Shown here one piece after another: positions 18,394-26,825 of a DNA stretch of 64,000 nucleotides (position 1 is its first letter; the number at the start of each line of letters is the position of its first letter). A model generated the notes under the pieces. It did not search any database and was not told the DNA's origin. It saw only the letters and a program-made list of their open reading frames with translations. This stretch comes from Ideonella sp. GTDB lineage: Bacteria; Pseudomonadota; Gammaproteobacteria; Burkholderiales; Burkholderiaceae_C. A program made the translations under genes and the position numbers. The stretch spans positions 17,944 through 81,943 of the forward strand of contig NZ_JAYSDQ010000026.1 in NCBI RefSeq assembly GCF_041914305.1, given 5' to 3'.

Positions 18394-21366
18394 ATGACCA
18401 CCCCGCTGCCCCCCGACCTGACGCGCTGGAACCGCGCCGGCCTGACACGCGTGCAATATGTGGACGGCAACGCCGCCGTCTTCCTCGAGCGGCTGCGCGT
18501 GCAGCTGGCCGAGGCCTTCCCGGGCTGGAGCACGCTGCAGCTCACCCCGCCCGCCGCGACCGAAGAGAGCGCACGCAAGGCCTTCTTGGAGGGCGTGTAC
18601 CGCCAGAACCCGGACGACCTGCTGTGGCACCTGATGCGCGCCCATGCGCGCGCCGCGCACGTGCTGGCCGGCACGCTCGATGCCTACGCCAACGAAGGCT
18701 GGATCGGCACCGCCACGCAGTGGGAAAGCGTGCGTCGCCTGGTGGCGATGCTCGACTACGCGCCCCACCCACCCGGCTCGGCCTCGACCGCGCTGGCGCT
18801 GCTGCACAAGCCCGGCGCCGTCGCCAGCAAGGTGGTGGCCGGCCTGCAGGTGAAATACGCGCCGCCCGACGGCCGCCCGCCGGTGGTCTTCGAGACCCTG
18901 GCCGACCTCGACGCCGACCCCGCGCTCGACACGCTCTTTGCCCTCGACCACGACCGCAACCCGGCGCCGCTGGCCGGCACCACCTTCGTGCTCGACGGCG
19001 CGCACGACGCGCTCAAGCTCGGTGAGCCGCTGGTGTTCGAGCGCGAAGGCGACGGCGTGCTGAGCGCCCACGTGCTGACCGGCCTGCTGTCGGTCGTCGA
19101 CGAGGGCGGCCGCAACGCCACGCAGGTCACCATCGCGCCGCCGCTCGCCCACGCCGCGGGCTTTGTCGTCGGGCGCACCTGGGTCCATGCCGAGCCGAAA
19201 GAGGGGCTGAAGCTCACCGGCCCGGTCGCCAGCGCCGCCGCGGTCGACCGCGCCCTCGAGCTCGCCGACGGCAGCGGCGACCTGGCCGCCGGCGAGATCG
19301 TCGCCATCGGCCGCCTCGGTGCGAAGCCGTTCTACCGGCGCCTGAAGCGCGTCTCGCCGCAACGGCTGGTGCTGCACGAGCCGCTGGGCACGCTGGACCT
19401 TCTGCACGCGTTCGTCGGCCGCCCGGTCGCGGTGACGATCTCGCGCCAGCAAGGCGGCCGCGGCCGCGCCGAAGATGGGCGCCGCCTGCAGGCGCTGCTG
19501 GTCGCGGGCGACTGGCGCTGGCTCTATGGGCAGTGGCTGGCCGATGTGCGCAAGGTCGAGGGCCGCGAGGTGCTGCCGGTCTACGAATGCATCCGCGCCG
19601 AATACACCCCGGTGTCGGGCCTGAGAGACGCCGAGGCCTCCAAGGCCGCCGGCGAAGGCTGCACGACGATCACGCTGGCCTGGGAGGCCGCCACCGACCG
19701 CGTGGTGCTCACGCCCTGGGGCGAGCCGCAGCTCGACCTGGTCAACCCACAGGCTTTGCTGGCACCGCCGCGAGCGATCACCACCGTGCGGCCCGACCCG
19801 TTCCTGCAGGAAAGCGTGGACAGCCGCCTGCTCGAACCGCTGGTGGGGGCGGTGCCGAAGAAGATCTCGGCCGGCGACCTAGCCGTGGTGCAGCGTGGCC
19901 ACCGCGTGGCCTGGGGCCGGATCGCCGGGGTCGCGAGCGACGCCTCGGCCGGCGAAGCGCGCTTCACCACCGCCGAAGGCTTCACCGATCGCGGCGGCGC
20001 CCCGTTCTTCTTGCACAGCACCAAGCTCTTCGGCCACTTCGCCACCACCGCGCGGCTGTCGGGCTGGCAGCGCAACGACACGCCGCTGTCGGGCAACGAG
20101 GTGGCGCTCGCGGCGCTGCCGGCCACGCTGGCCGCCGGCCGCACGCTCATCGCGTCCAACGGCCAGGCGGCCGTGCGCACACGCGTGAAGCTGGTCTCGG
20201 CGCCCGGCGCGGCGCCTTCGGTCACGCTGCGCGACCCGCTGCCCACCCGCACCACGGCCGCCTCGCTGGTGCTCTACGGCAACGTGGTGGACGCCGGCCA
20301 TGGCCAGACGCGCGCCGCACGCGTGCTGGGCAGCGGCGACGGCACGCGCAGCCACCAGGCCTTCGTGCTGGCCGTGGTCGATGCCAGCTTCGTGGCCGAC
20401 GCGGCCATGCCCTCGGGGGTGCGGGCCGACCTGCAGGTCGAGGTGGCCGGCGAACGCTGGACCCAGGTGGCGCGCTTGAACGAATCGGGGCCGACCGACG
20501 CGCACTACCAGGTGCGGCAGCAGGAAGACGGCACGCTGCGCATCGCCTTCGGCGACGGCACGCATGGCCGGCGGCTGCCGACCGGCGCCAACAACGTGCG
20601 CGTCACCTACCGGCAAGACAACGGCCCGGCCGGCAACCTGGCGCCCTTCTCGCTCGCCAAGCTGGCACGGCCGCACCCGCAGGTGGCCGCGGCGGTGCAG
20701 CCGATCGCGGCCACCGGCGGCGGCGAACGCGAAACCGCCGACGCCATGCGCACCAACGCCGCCGGCACGCTGCTGGCGCTGGAGCGCGCCGTCTCGCTGA
20801 CCGACTTCTCGTACCTCGCACGCAGCCGGGCCGACGTGGCGCAGGCCCAGGCCTTTGCGCTGCCGCCCGGCCGCGGCCAGCGCGAGCGGCTGGAGCTGCG
20901 CGTGATCCCCGCCGGCGGCGGCGAGTTCACGCCCGATCTGGGCCAACGGGTGAAAGACTTCCTGATGTCGCACGCGATGCCGGGTGTCGACGTCAACGTG
21001 CTGAGCTATGTGCCGCTGATCGTCGGCCTGCAGGTCGTCGTTCGCGTGCGCACCGACGCCTTCGACGGCGACACCGTGATCTCCAACGTGCGCACCGCGC
21101 TGATCGCGGCCTTCGGCATCGCGCAGCGCCGGCTCGGGCAGCCGCTGTTCAGTGGCGAGGTCTTCGCGGTCGTCGAGGCGGTGCAAGGCGTGGAGAACAG
21201 CGACTGCGCGCTACTGATCACCCCGGCCATGGCCGCGCTGGCCGACCGGATCTCGCGCAACGCCGATGGCGGCATCGTCGCGATCCGGCCCCAGCCCGAG
21301 CAGTGCGCCCATGTGGACCCGCACCAGCCCGCGGTGACCGTCACCTTCCAGCCCTACCAGCTATGA
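18394..21366 (+). CDS. Baseplate J/gp47-like protein (long, Afp11-like)
   Basis: LTRWNRAGLTRVQYVDGN start, TATQWESVRRLVAMLDY.P.P, LYGNVVDAGHG, IAFGDGTHGRRLPTGANNVRVTY, RAVSLTDF. Confidence 0.85.
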   Translation: MTTPLPPDLTRWNRAGLTRVQYVDGNAAVFLERLRVQLAEAFPGWSTLQLTPPAATEESARKAFLEGVYRQNPDDLLWHLMRAHARAAHVLAGTLDAYANEGWIGTATQWESVRRLVAMLDYAPHPPGSASTALALLHKPGAVASKVVAGLQVKYAPPDGRPPVVFETLADLDADPALDTLFALDHDRNPAPLAGTTFVLDGAHDALKLGEPLVFEREGDGVLSAHVLTGLLSVVDEGGRNATQVTIAPPLAHAAGFVVGRTWVHAEPKEGLKLTGPVASAAAVDRALELADGSGDLAAGEIVAIGRLGAKPFYRRLKRVSPQRLVLHEPLGTLDLLHAFVGRPVAVTISRQQGGRGRAEDGRRLQALLVAGDWRWLYGQWLADVRKVEGREVLPVYECIRAEYTPVSGLRDAEASKAAGEGCTTITLAWEAATDRVVLTPWGEPQLDLVNPQALLAPPRAITTVRPDPFLQESVDSRLLEPLVGAVPKKISAGDLAVVQRGHRVAWGRIAGVASDASAGEARFTTAEGFTDRGGAPFFLHSTKLFGHFATTARLSGWQRNDTPLSGNEVALAALPATLAAGRTLIASNGQAAVRTRVKLVSAPGAAPSVTLRDPLPTRTTAASLVLYGNVVDAGHGQTRAARVLGSGDGTRSHQAFVLAVVDASFVADAAMPSGVRADLQVEVAGERWTQVARLNESGPTDAHYQVRQQEDGTLRIAFGDGTHGRRLPTGANNVRVTYRQDNGPAGNLAPFSLAKLARPHPQVAAAVQPIAATGGGERETADAMRTNAAGTLLALERAVSLTDFSYLARSRADVAQAQAFALPPGRGQRERLELRVIPAGGGEFTPDLGQRVKDFLMSHAMPGVDVNVLSYVPLIVGLQVVVRVRTDAFDGDTVISNVRTALIAAFGIAQRRLGQPLFSGEVFAVVEAVQGVENSDCALLITPAMAALADRISRNADGGIVAIRPQPEQCAHVDPHQPAVTVTFQPYQL

Positions 21367-23009
21367 CCCCCGTCGACCTCCCGAGCGTGCTGTACCGGCA
21401 AATGCCGGAGGTTCACCGCGACCGCGACAACCCGCGCCGCGCCGCCGACGGCACGGTCGTCGTGCCGGGCGACATGGCACGGCTGCTGCAGGTCGCCGGC
21501 GACCTGCAGCAGGCGCTGTACCGCACGCTGCGCCAGCGCTACCAAGACCTGTTCCCCGACCAGGAGGGGCAAGACGAATTCGGCATGTGGCGCGGCTGCC
21601 AGCCCTGGGTGCTGCCCTACCTGGCGCAGCTGCTGGACGTGGTGCCGATGTCGCCGCTCGAGGCGGGCCAGCGCGCCGAGATCGCCAATGCGGTGCCGTG
21701 GCGGCAGCGCAAGGGCACGACGGCCGGGATAGAGCAGATCGCCGCGGCCGTGTCGGGCCTCACCACCGAGACCCAGGAGGGCTGGCGCCTGGTGGCCTTG
21801 ACGCCGCGCGCCGGCTTCGCGCGCCTGCCGGCGGCCAGCTTCGGCGAGGCCGAGCCGCGCTTGGCCACGGTCGCGATGAAGAACAGCCCGGGCCTCGGGC
21901 CGCTGTACGCCACGCACCCGGGCCTGCCCAACGGCACGGTCGACCTGCGCCGCCACTCGCGCGCGGTGCGTGTCACCCCTGGGACGGCAGGCGCCGAAAC
22001 CACGACCTTCGGCAACGACGAGGTGTCGTGGCGCCAGGCCTCGCGCCACGGCGCGCCCTGCCTGCCCGACAGCTACCAGGACCTGTCCGCCCGCACCGCC
22101 GACCTGCGCACGCCGGACTGGCGGCGCGGCCACGTGCATCCGCGCCGCGTCGTGCTGCACGCGGCGCCTTTCGACGGCTTCTTCGACCCGCAGGCCACCT
22201 CGGTCAACTGGACGGCGATCCAGGACGCGGTGACCGGCACCGCGCCGCTGCCGCCCGGCCTGCCGCTCACGCTGCTGCGCGGCGACGGTGGCGCCGTCAC
22301 GTTGCGCGGGACCACGCCCTCGCCGGTGAAGCTGCGCGGCATCGCCCGGCTCGAAGACGCACGCCCATGGACCTTCGAGAACCTGTGGTTCGACAACGAG
22401 CTGCAGGTGGTGGCGGGGTCGGTGCGGCTGGTCGGTTGCGCGCTGCGCCGGCTGCACCTGATGTTGCCCGCCTCGCACCCCGTGGCGGTGGACGCCCGGG
22501 CCTGCCTGTTCAAGGACCTGCTCGCGCCGCGCGCCGCGGTGGCGCTGGAATACGTGACCGTGCTCGAACGCCTGGTGGCCGAGCGGCTCACCGCCAGCGA
22601 CTGCATCCTGATGCAGTTCCCGCGCAAGGACCTGCCGCTGGCCGACACCGACGTACCGCGCTCGGGCTGCGTGCGCTTCAGCCGCGTGCCAGAGGGGCCG
22701 GCCAAGCCTTGGCAGTCGGACCTGGCCGACTCGGACTTCCGCGTGACATCCAACTGCACCCAAGCGGCCCCGGTGTTCGTGGCCACGGTCTTCGGCAGCC
22801 CCGGCTGCGCCGTGCTGCACCCGGCCGCGCCCGCCGCGCTGCGCTTCGGCGCCGAGGACGGCGGCGAGCAAGGCGCCTGCCATGACCTGCGCTACACGCT
22901 GCGCGAGCAGGCCGTGCTCGACAAGCTGCGCGACTTCATGCCGGTCGGCATGGAGCCGGTGCTGGTGCCCGACACGTCGCTGCGCTGCAAGCCACCCAGG
23001 GCCTGTTAA
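21363..23009 (+). CDS. Phage tail/baseplate wedge protein (P2 gpI / Afp12-like)
   Basis: LYRQMPEVHRDRD, CQPWVLPYLAQLL, RAEIANAVPWRQRKGT, C-terminal LRDFMPVG; ATGA-coupled to baseplate J. Confidence 0.75.
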   Translation: MTPVDLPSVLYRQMPEVHRDRDNPRRAADGTVVVPGDMARLLQVAGDLQQALYRTLRQRYQDLFPDQEGQDEFGMWRGCQPWVLPYLAQLLDVVPMSPLEAGQRAEIANAVPWRQRKGTTAGIEQIAAAVSGLTTETQEGWRLVALTPRAGFARLPAASFGEAEPRLATVAMKNSPGLGPLYATHPGLPNGTVDLRRHSRAVRVTPGTAGAETTTFGNDEVSWRQASRHGAPCLPDSYQDLSARTADLRTPDWRRGHVHPRRVVLHAAPFDGFFDPQATSVNWTAIQDAVTGTAPLPPGLPLTLLRGDGGAVTLRGTTPSPVKLRGIARLEDARPWTFENLWFDNELQVVAGSVRLVGCALRRLHLMLPASHPVAVDARACLFKDLLAPRAAVALEYVTVLERLVAERLTASDCILMQFPRKDLPLADTDVPRSGCVRFSRVPEGPAKPWQSDLADSDFRVTSNCTQAAPVFVATVFGSPGCAVLHPAAPAALRFGAEDGGEQGACHDLRYTLREQAVLDKLRDFMPVGMEPVLVPDTSLRCKPPRAC

Positions 23010-23265
23010 CACTACGGAGACCCGATGCGTTGCCACCAGAACAAGTCGAGCGCAAGGCGCAAAACGAAGCCGGGGTGCAGCCCCGGCGAGGCTTTGCAAC
23101 GCCGCGGTCGGCTGTTCTGGTGGCAACCCTTCGGGAACGGACCGTCCAGGGCGCACGGCGTCGTTGCCCACCTTGCCCAGGCACGAGCCTGGGCGGCGGC
23201 GGGCGCCTTGCCCTGCATCCCTGGACGGACCGTTCGCACGGGCCTCCGTAGCGTTAACAGGCCCT
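22998..23265. mobile_element. MITE-like element (268 bp) with 27-bp terminal inverted repeats
   Basis: AGGGCCTGTTAACACTACGGAGACCCG vs AGGGCCTGTTAACGCTACGGAGGCCCG (25/27); nested internal palindromes; no transposase. Confidence 0.8.
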
Positions 23266-23304
23266 AAGCCGCGCTGACCCATCTTCAGGTTCGAGGGCCA
23301 CCCC

Positions 23305-26300
23305 ATGAAAACCCAAATCTCCCGCGACACCTTCGACAGCGCGAAGCGCTACTCCGGCGTCTACCTGCAGCAGGGCCGGATGATCGTCGACGCCGATGTC
23401 AACGAGGCCGCCGACATCACGAAGACGCGGCTGGACGCCGCGCTTGGCGACGTGGTGGCCTCGGGCGCACCGCGCGTCGGCGCGCTGTCGGTGGTGCGCA
23501 ATGGCTCGCAGCTGGTCATCAACCCGGGCCGCCTGTATGTCGACGGCGTGCCCGCGCGCCTGGACGCGCCCGGCCAGCTCGCCCTCACCGCGCAACCCGA
23601 CTACCGCAACCCGCCCGCCTTCGCGCTCGGTTACCTGAAGGTCTATGCGGATGTCTGGGAGCGCCCCGTTTCGGCCCTGGAAGACTCGGCCCTGCAAGAC
23701 GCCGGCCTGCACGGTGCCGACACCGCCACGCGCACCCGCACGATGCTGCAGGTCAAGTGGTGCGAAGGCGGCCTGAACCCGCTCGACCCGGCGATCAACC
23801 CGACACTGGGCGATTCGACGCTCACGCTGAAGCTGATCTCCACCCTTGGCGAGCCCGACGACTGCGACCCCTGCGCCGACGAGGTCAGCGTCGACGAGCG
23901 CATCGGCAACTACCTCTTCCGCGTCGAGGTGCACGAGGTCTTCGTCACCGGCGGCCAGACCCACCTGGTGCTGAAGTGGTCGCGCGACAACGGCGCCGAG
24001 GCCTACCCGTGGAACGCCTACCCCGCCGACTTCGACCAGGGCGGCTGGATCTGGGAGTGGTTCGACAGCGACACCGAGAACCTCGCGGGCCAGCATTTCC
24101 CGCCGGCCGAGCGCCGCCGCCGCGGCAAGCTGCAGCACGACTTCTCCCGCCCGGTCAGCCCCGCCCCCAACGCCTTCGTGCGGCAGTGGGACGGCTTCGC
24201 CGAGATCAACCTCAACACGCAGACGCTGGTGGCCGGCCAATGCTGGGACCGCGGCACGGAGCTGTCGACCGCGCTCGATGCGTCGTCGCACGGCTACGTG
24301 TATTTCGACAACGCCGCCGACCTGGTGCTGATGCGGCTGGACCTGATGGAGCTGAAGCTCGTCTACCGCAGCGGCGGCGCGCTGCGCCATTTTCTTGCCG
24401 GCGACTACTGGCAGGTGGCGGTGCGCGAGGCGGTCGACAAGAGCGGCGACATCGTGCTCGGCAAGACCGCGCCCGAGCTGCCGCGCGGCGTGCGCCACCA
24501 CTACCTGCTCCTGGCCGAGACCGACAACCTCGGCAACGTGCAGCCCTTCACCGACGCGCGGCGCCGGCAGATGGGCTTCCCGCCGCTGACCGACCTGCGG
24601 GCGGTGGATGTGGGATTCACCGACCACTGCAGCGGCCTGTACGGCGGCGCCCAGAACGTGCAAGCGGCGCTCGACGCGCTGTGCGGCCTCGGCGCCGAAG
24701 ACGTGGGCTACACGGTGCCCGGCTGCGGCACGCCTGGGGCGCCGAGCGTGGCCTCGCTGATGACGGCCACCCTGCCCGGCTTTCCCGATCTCGATGGCCA
24801 GGCCAAGAGCCCGTCGGTGAAAGACATGCTCGACGCGCTGATGTGCCACCTCAATGCGGCGCGGCTGCCCTATGCGCCGGCCGCGCTGGCGGCGCGCTGG
24901 AACGACATCCAGGAAGGCGGCGCCGCGCCGCTGACCGTGCAGCAGGCGATCGACGACCTGGCCGCCAACCTGGACGCGGGCGACATCGTGGCCAACGTGG
25001 ACGCCTGCGTCGACGGCACCAGCTCGGGCTCGCGCACGCTGCGCGAGCTGATGGCCATCACGCCCGGCCTGCACAAGGTGCAGGAGCTGTTGGGCCTGCT
25101 GCTGTGCGACCTGCGCGCCACCCACCTGCCGCTGGACCGCTCGCGCATCAGCTGCAACGAGATCAAGACTGACCCGAACGTGGTCACCGTGCAGGACGCG
25201 ATCGACAAGCTGTGCCAGATCTCGGGCCAGGGCTGCGAGATCATCGTGGCGCCCGGCCAGCTGGAAAAGGTGCTGACGGACTTCGCGGCGTCGACCTCGC
25301 TCGACATCTCGCTGTGCCTGATGCCGGGCGAGCACAAGCTGCCCACCGACCTGGTCGTGGCCGGCAAGCACGGCATCCGCATGCGTGGCCACGCGGCAGC
25401 GAGCGTGCTGGTCTCGCTGTCGGGGGTGCTGACGCTCGCTGCGAACGAGGTCGTGCTGGAAGGGCTGTCCTTCAGCATGGCGGGTGCCACTTACGACAAG
25501 CCGTTTCAGGGCGCGCAGCTGGCGCTGAAGGCAGGCCAGATTCGCAGCAAGGGCTGCGGCTACGGACGCGCTTCGTCAACCTTCACGCTGCGCCCGATGG
25601 TGCTGCTCGAGCGCGGCGACGAGAACACCCGCGTCGACTGGCAAGACAACACGATGCTCGACTTCTGGATCTACGTCGGCGATCAATCGGGGCCGGGCCC
25701 GGACACCGGCGGCGACAAGGACACGGGGCTGGTGCGCCCATCGGACGACCTGCTGGACAAGATCCACGACCGGCCGCGCTTCGACTCCGACCTGGCCGAC
25801 CTGATTCTGAAGCTGCCCGAGCCCGACCGCATCGACCTGGGCATGGCGATCGCCAACGGCACACCGCCGGTCCTGGTGACGCGAATCGCCAAGACCGCCC
25901 CGACGCTGAAGCCGGTGCCCAAGGGCTCGATCCCCGGGCAGGCGCAGGCCGAGAAGCCGGCCGCGGCCAAGACCGCCGCCAAGCCTGCGGCGAAATCGGC
26001 CAAGGCGGCGAAGGCCACCGCCAAGGCCACCACCTCGACCCGCGTGAAGGCGCCTGCCGCCCCCGCCGAAGCCGAGGTGACGCGCATCGTCGCCGGCCAG
26101 ATCACCAAGCCCTCGCCCGTCGAGCTGGTGAAGATGGACAAGCTCGGGCGCCTGGTGGCGCGCCAGGACCTCACGCACGAGGCGCTCACCGCCCAGCTGC
26201 AAGAAGGCCCGATCGGCTGGGGCTTCACGCTCTACCCCGGCCTGGCGCTCGGCATCGCGTCGCACCGCATGGGCGTCTCGCTGCGCGGCAACCTGCTGGC

Positions 26301-26796
26301 GGGGTACACGCTTTTCATGAACGAGCTGGACCTTTGGGTCACCGGCACCCTGCCAAACACCGAGCTGCACGTGGACAAGACGAGGGACGTGGTGGCCCCC
26401 GGCGGCGGCGCCGTGTCGATCGAAGGCAACACCCTCATCCGGCTGCTGAGCCTGGTGCCCATGACGCCCGTGGACAGCTGGCCAAGCGGCGGCATTGCCG
26501 GCGCGTCGAGCGCGACGCTGTCGGGCAACGCGCTGACGGACAGCAACCACTCGCTCGTCGCACGCAAGCTCGCGGTGCAGGGCAACGAGTTCACCGCCGA
26601 CGTGACCCAGCATGTGGACACGCCGCTGGCCCTGCTGATGGCCAACCAGGTGACCGTGGTCGGCAACGTCGGCGACGAGGTCTATGTGCGCGACGACAAG
26701 GGCAACATCATCGGCATCGTGACGCTGCCGGACATCAAGGTGGCCACCGTGCACGCGCGCGCGTCGAGCAACTTCATGACGGTGTCGCAGATCTGA
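23305..26796 (+). CDS. DUF6519 domain protein, putative tail fibre
   Basis: MKTQISRDTFD..RYSGVYLQQGRMIVDADVNE N-terminus, YLKVYADVWER, ENYLFRVEVH-like and KWSRDNG motifs; central VQxAxDxL repeats; C-terminal parallel beta-helix-like (GN..) repeats. Confidence 0.8.
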   Translation: MKTQISRDTFDSAKRYSGVYLQQGRMIVDADVNEAADITKTRLDAALGDVVASGAPRVGALSVVRNGSQLVINPGRLYVDGVPARLDAPGQLALTAQPDYRNPPAFALGYLKVYADVWERPVSALEDSALQDAGLHGADTATRTRTMLQVKWCEGGLNPLDPAINPTLGDSTLTLKLISTLGEPDDCDPCADEVSVDERIGNYLFRVEVHEVFVTGGQTHLVLKWSRDNGAEAYPWNAYPADFDQGGWIWEWFDSDTENLAGQHFPPAERRRRGKLQHDFSRPVSPAPNAFVRQWDGFAEINLNTQTLVAGQCWDRGTELSTALDASSHGYVYFDNAADLVLMRLDLMELKLVYRSGGALRHFLAGDYWQVAVREAVDKSGDIVLGKTAPELPRGVRHHYLLLAETDNLGNVQPFTDARRRQMGFPPLTDLRAVDVGFTDHCSGLYGGAQNVQAALDALCGLGAEDVGYTVPGCGTPGAPSVASLMTATLPGFPDLDGQAKSPSVKDMLDALMCHLNAARLPYAPAALAARWNDIQEGGAAPLTVQQAIDDLAANLDAGDIVANVDACVDGTSSGSRTLRELMAITPGLHKVQELLGLLLCDLRATHLPLDRSRISCNEIKTDPNVVTVQDAIDKLCQISGQGCEIIVAPGQLEKVLTDFAASTSLDISLCLMPGEHKLPTDLVVAGKHGIRMRGHAAASVLVSLSGVLTLAANEVVLEGLSFSMAGATYDKPFQGAQLALKAGQIRSKGCGYGRASSTFTLRPMVLLERGDENTRVDWQDNTMLDFWIYVGDQSGPGPDTGGDKDTGLVRPSDDLLDKIHDRPRFDSDLADLILKLPEPDRIDLGMAIANGTPPVLVTRIAKTAPTLKPVPKGSIPGQAQAEKPAAAKTAAKPAAKSAKAAKATAKATTSTRVKAPAAPAEAEVTRIVAGQITKPSPVELVKMDKLGRLVARQDLTHEALTAQLQEGPIGWGFTLYPGLALGIASHRMGVSLRGNLLAGYTLFMNELDLWVTGTLPNTELHVDKTRDVVAPGGGAVSIEGNTLIRLLSLVPMTPVDSWPSGGIAGASSATLSGNALTDSNHSLVARKLAVQGNEFTADVTQHVDTPLALLMANQVTVVGNVGDEVYVRDDKGNIIGIVTLPDIKVATVHARASSNFMTVSQI

Positions 26797-26825
26797 CGGC
26801 CAAGCGCCGATGGGAAGGACCCGCC

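Noticed and set aside
19533-21362. Apparent 1158-aa ORF starting at 19533
   Set aside because: The upstream part overlaps baseplate J out of frame and is Arg/Gly junk; the real gene starts at ATG 21363
22998-23265. CRISPR array or structured ncRNA gene
   Set aside because: No repeat-spacer periodicity and no cas genes; terminal inverted repeats fit a MITE better
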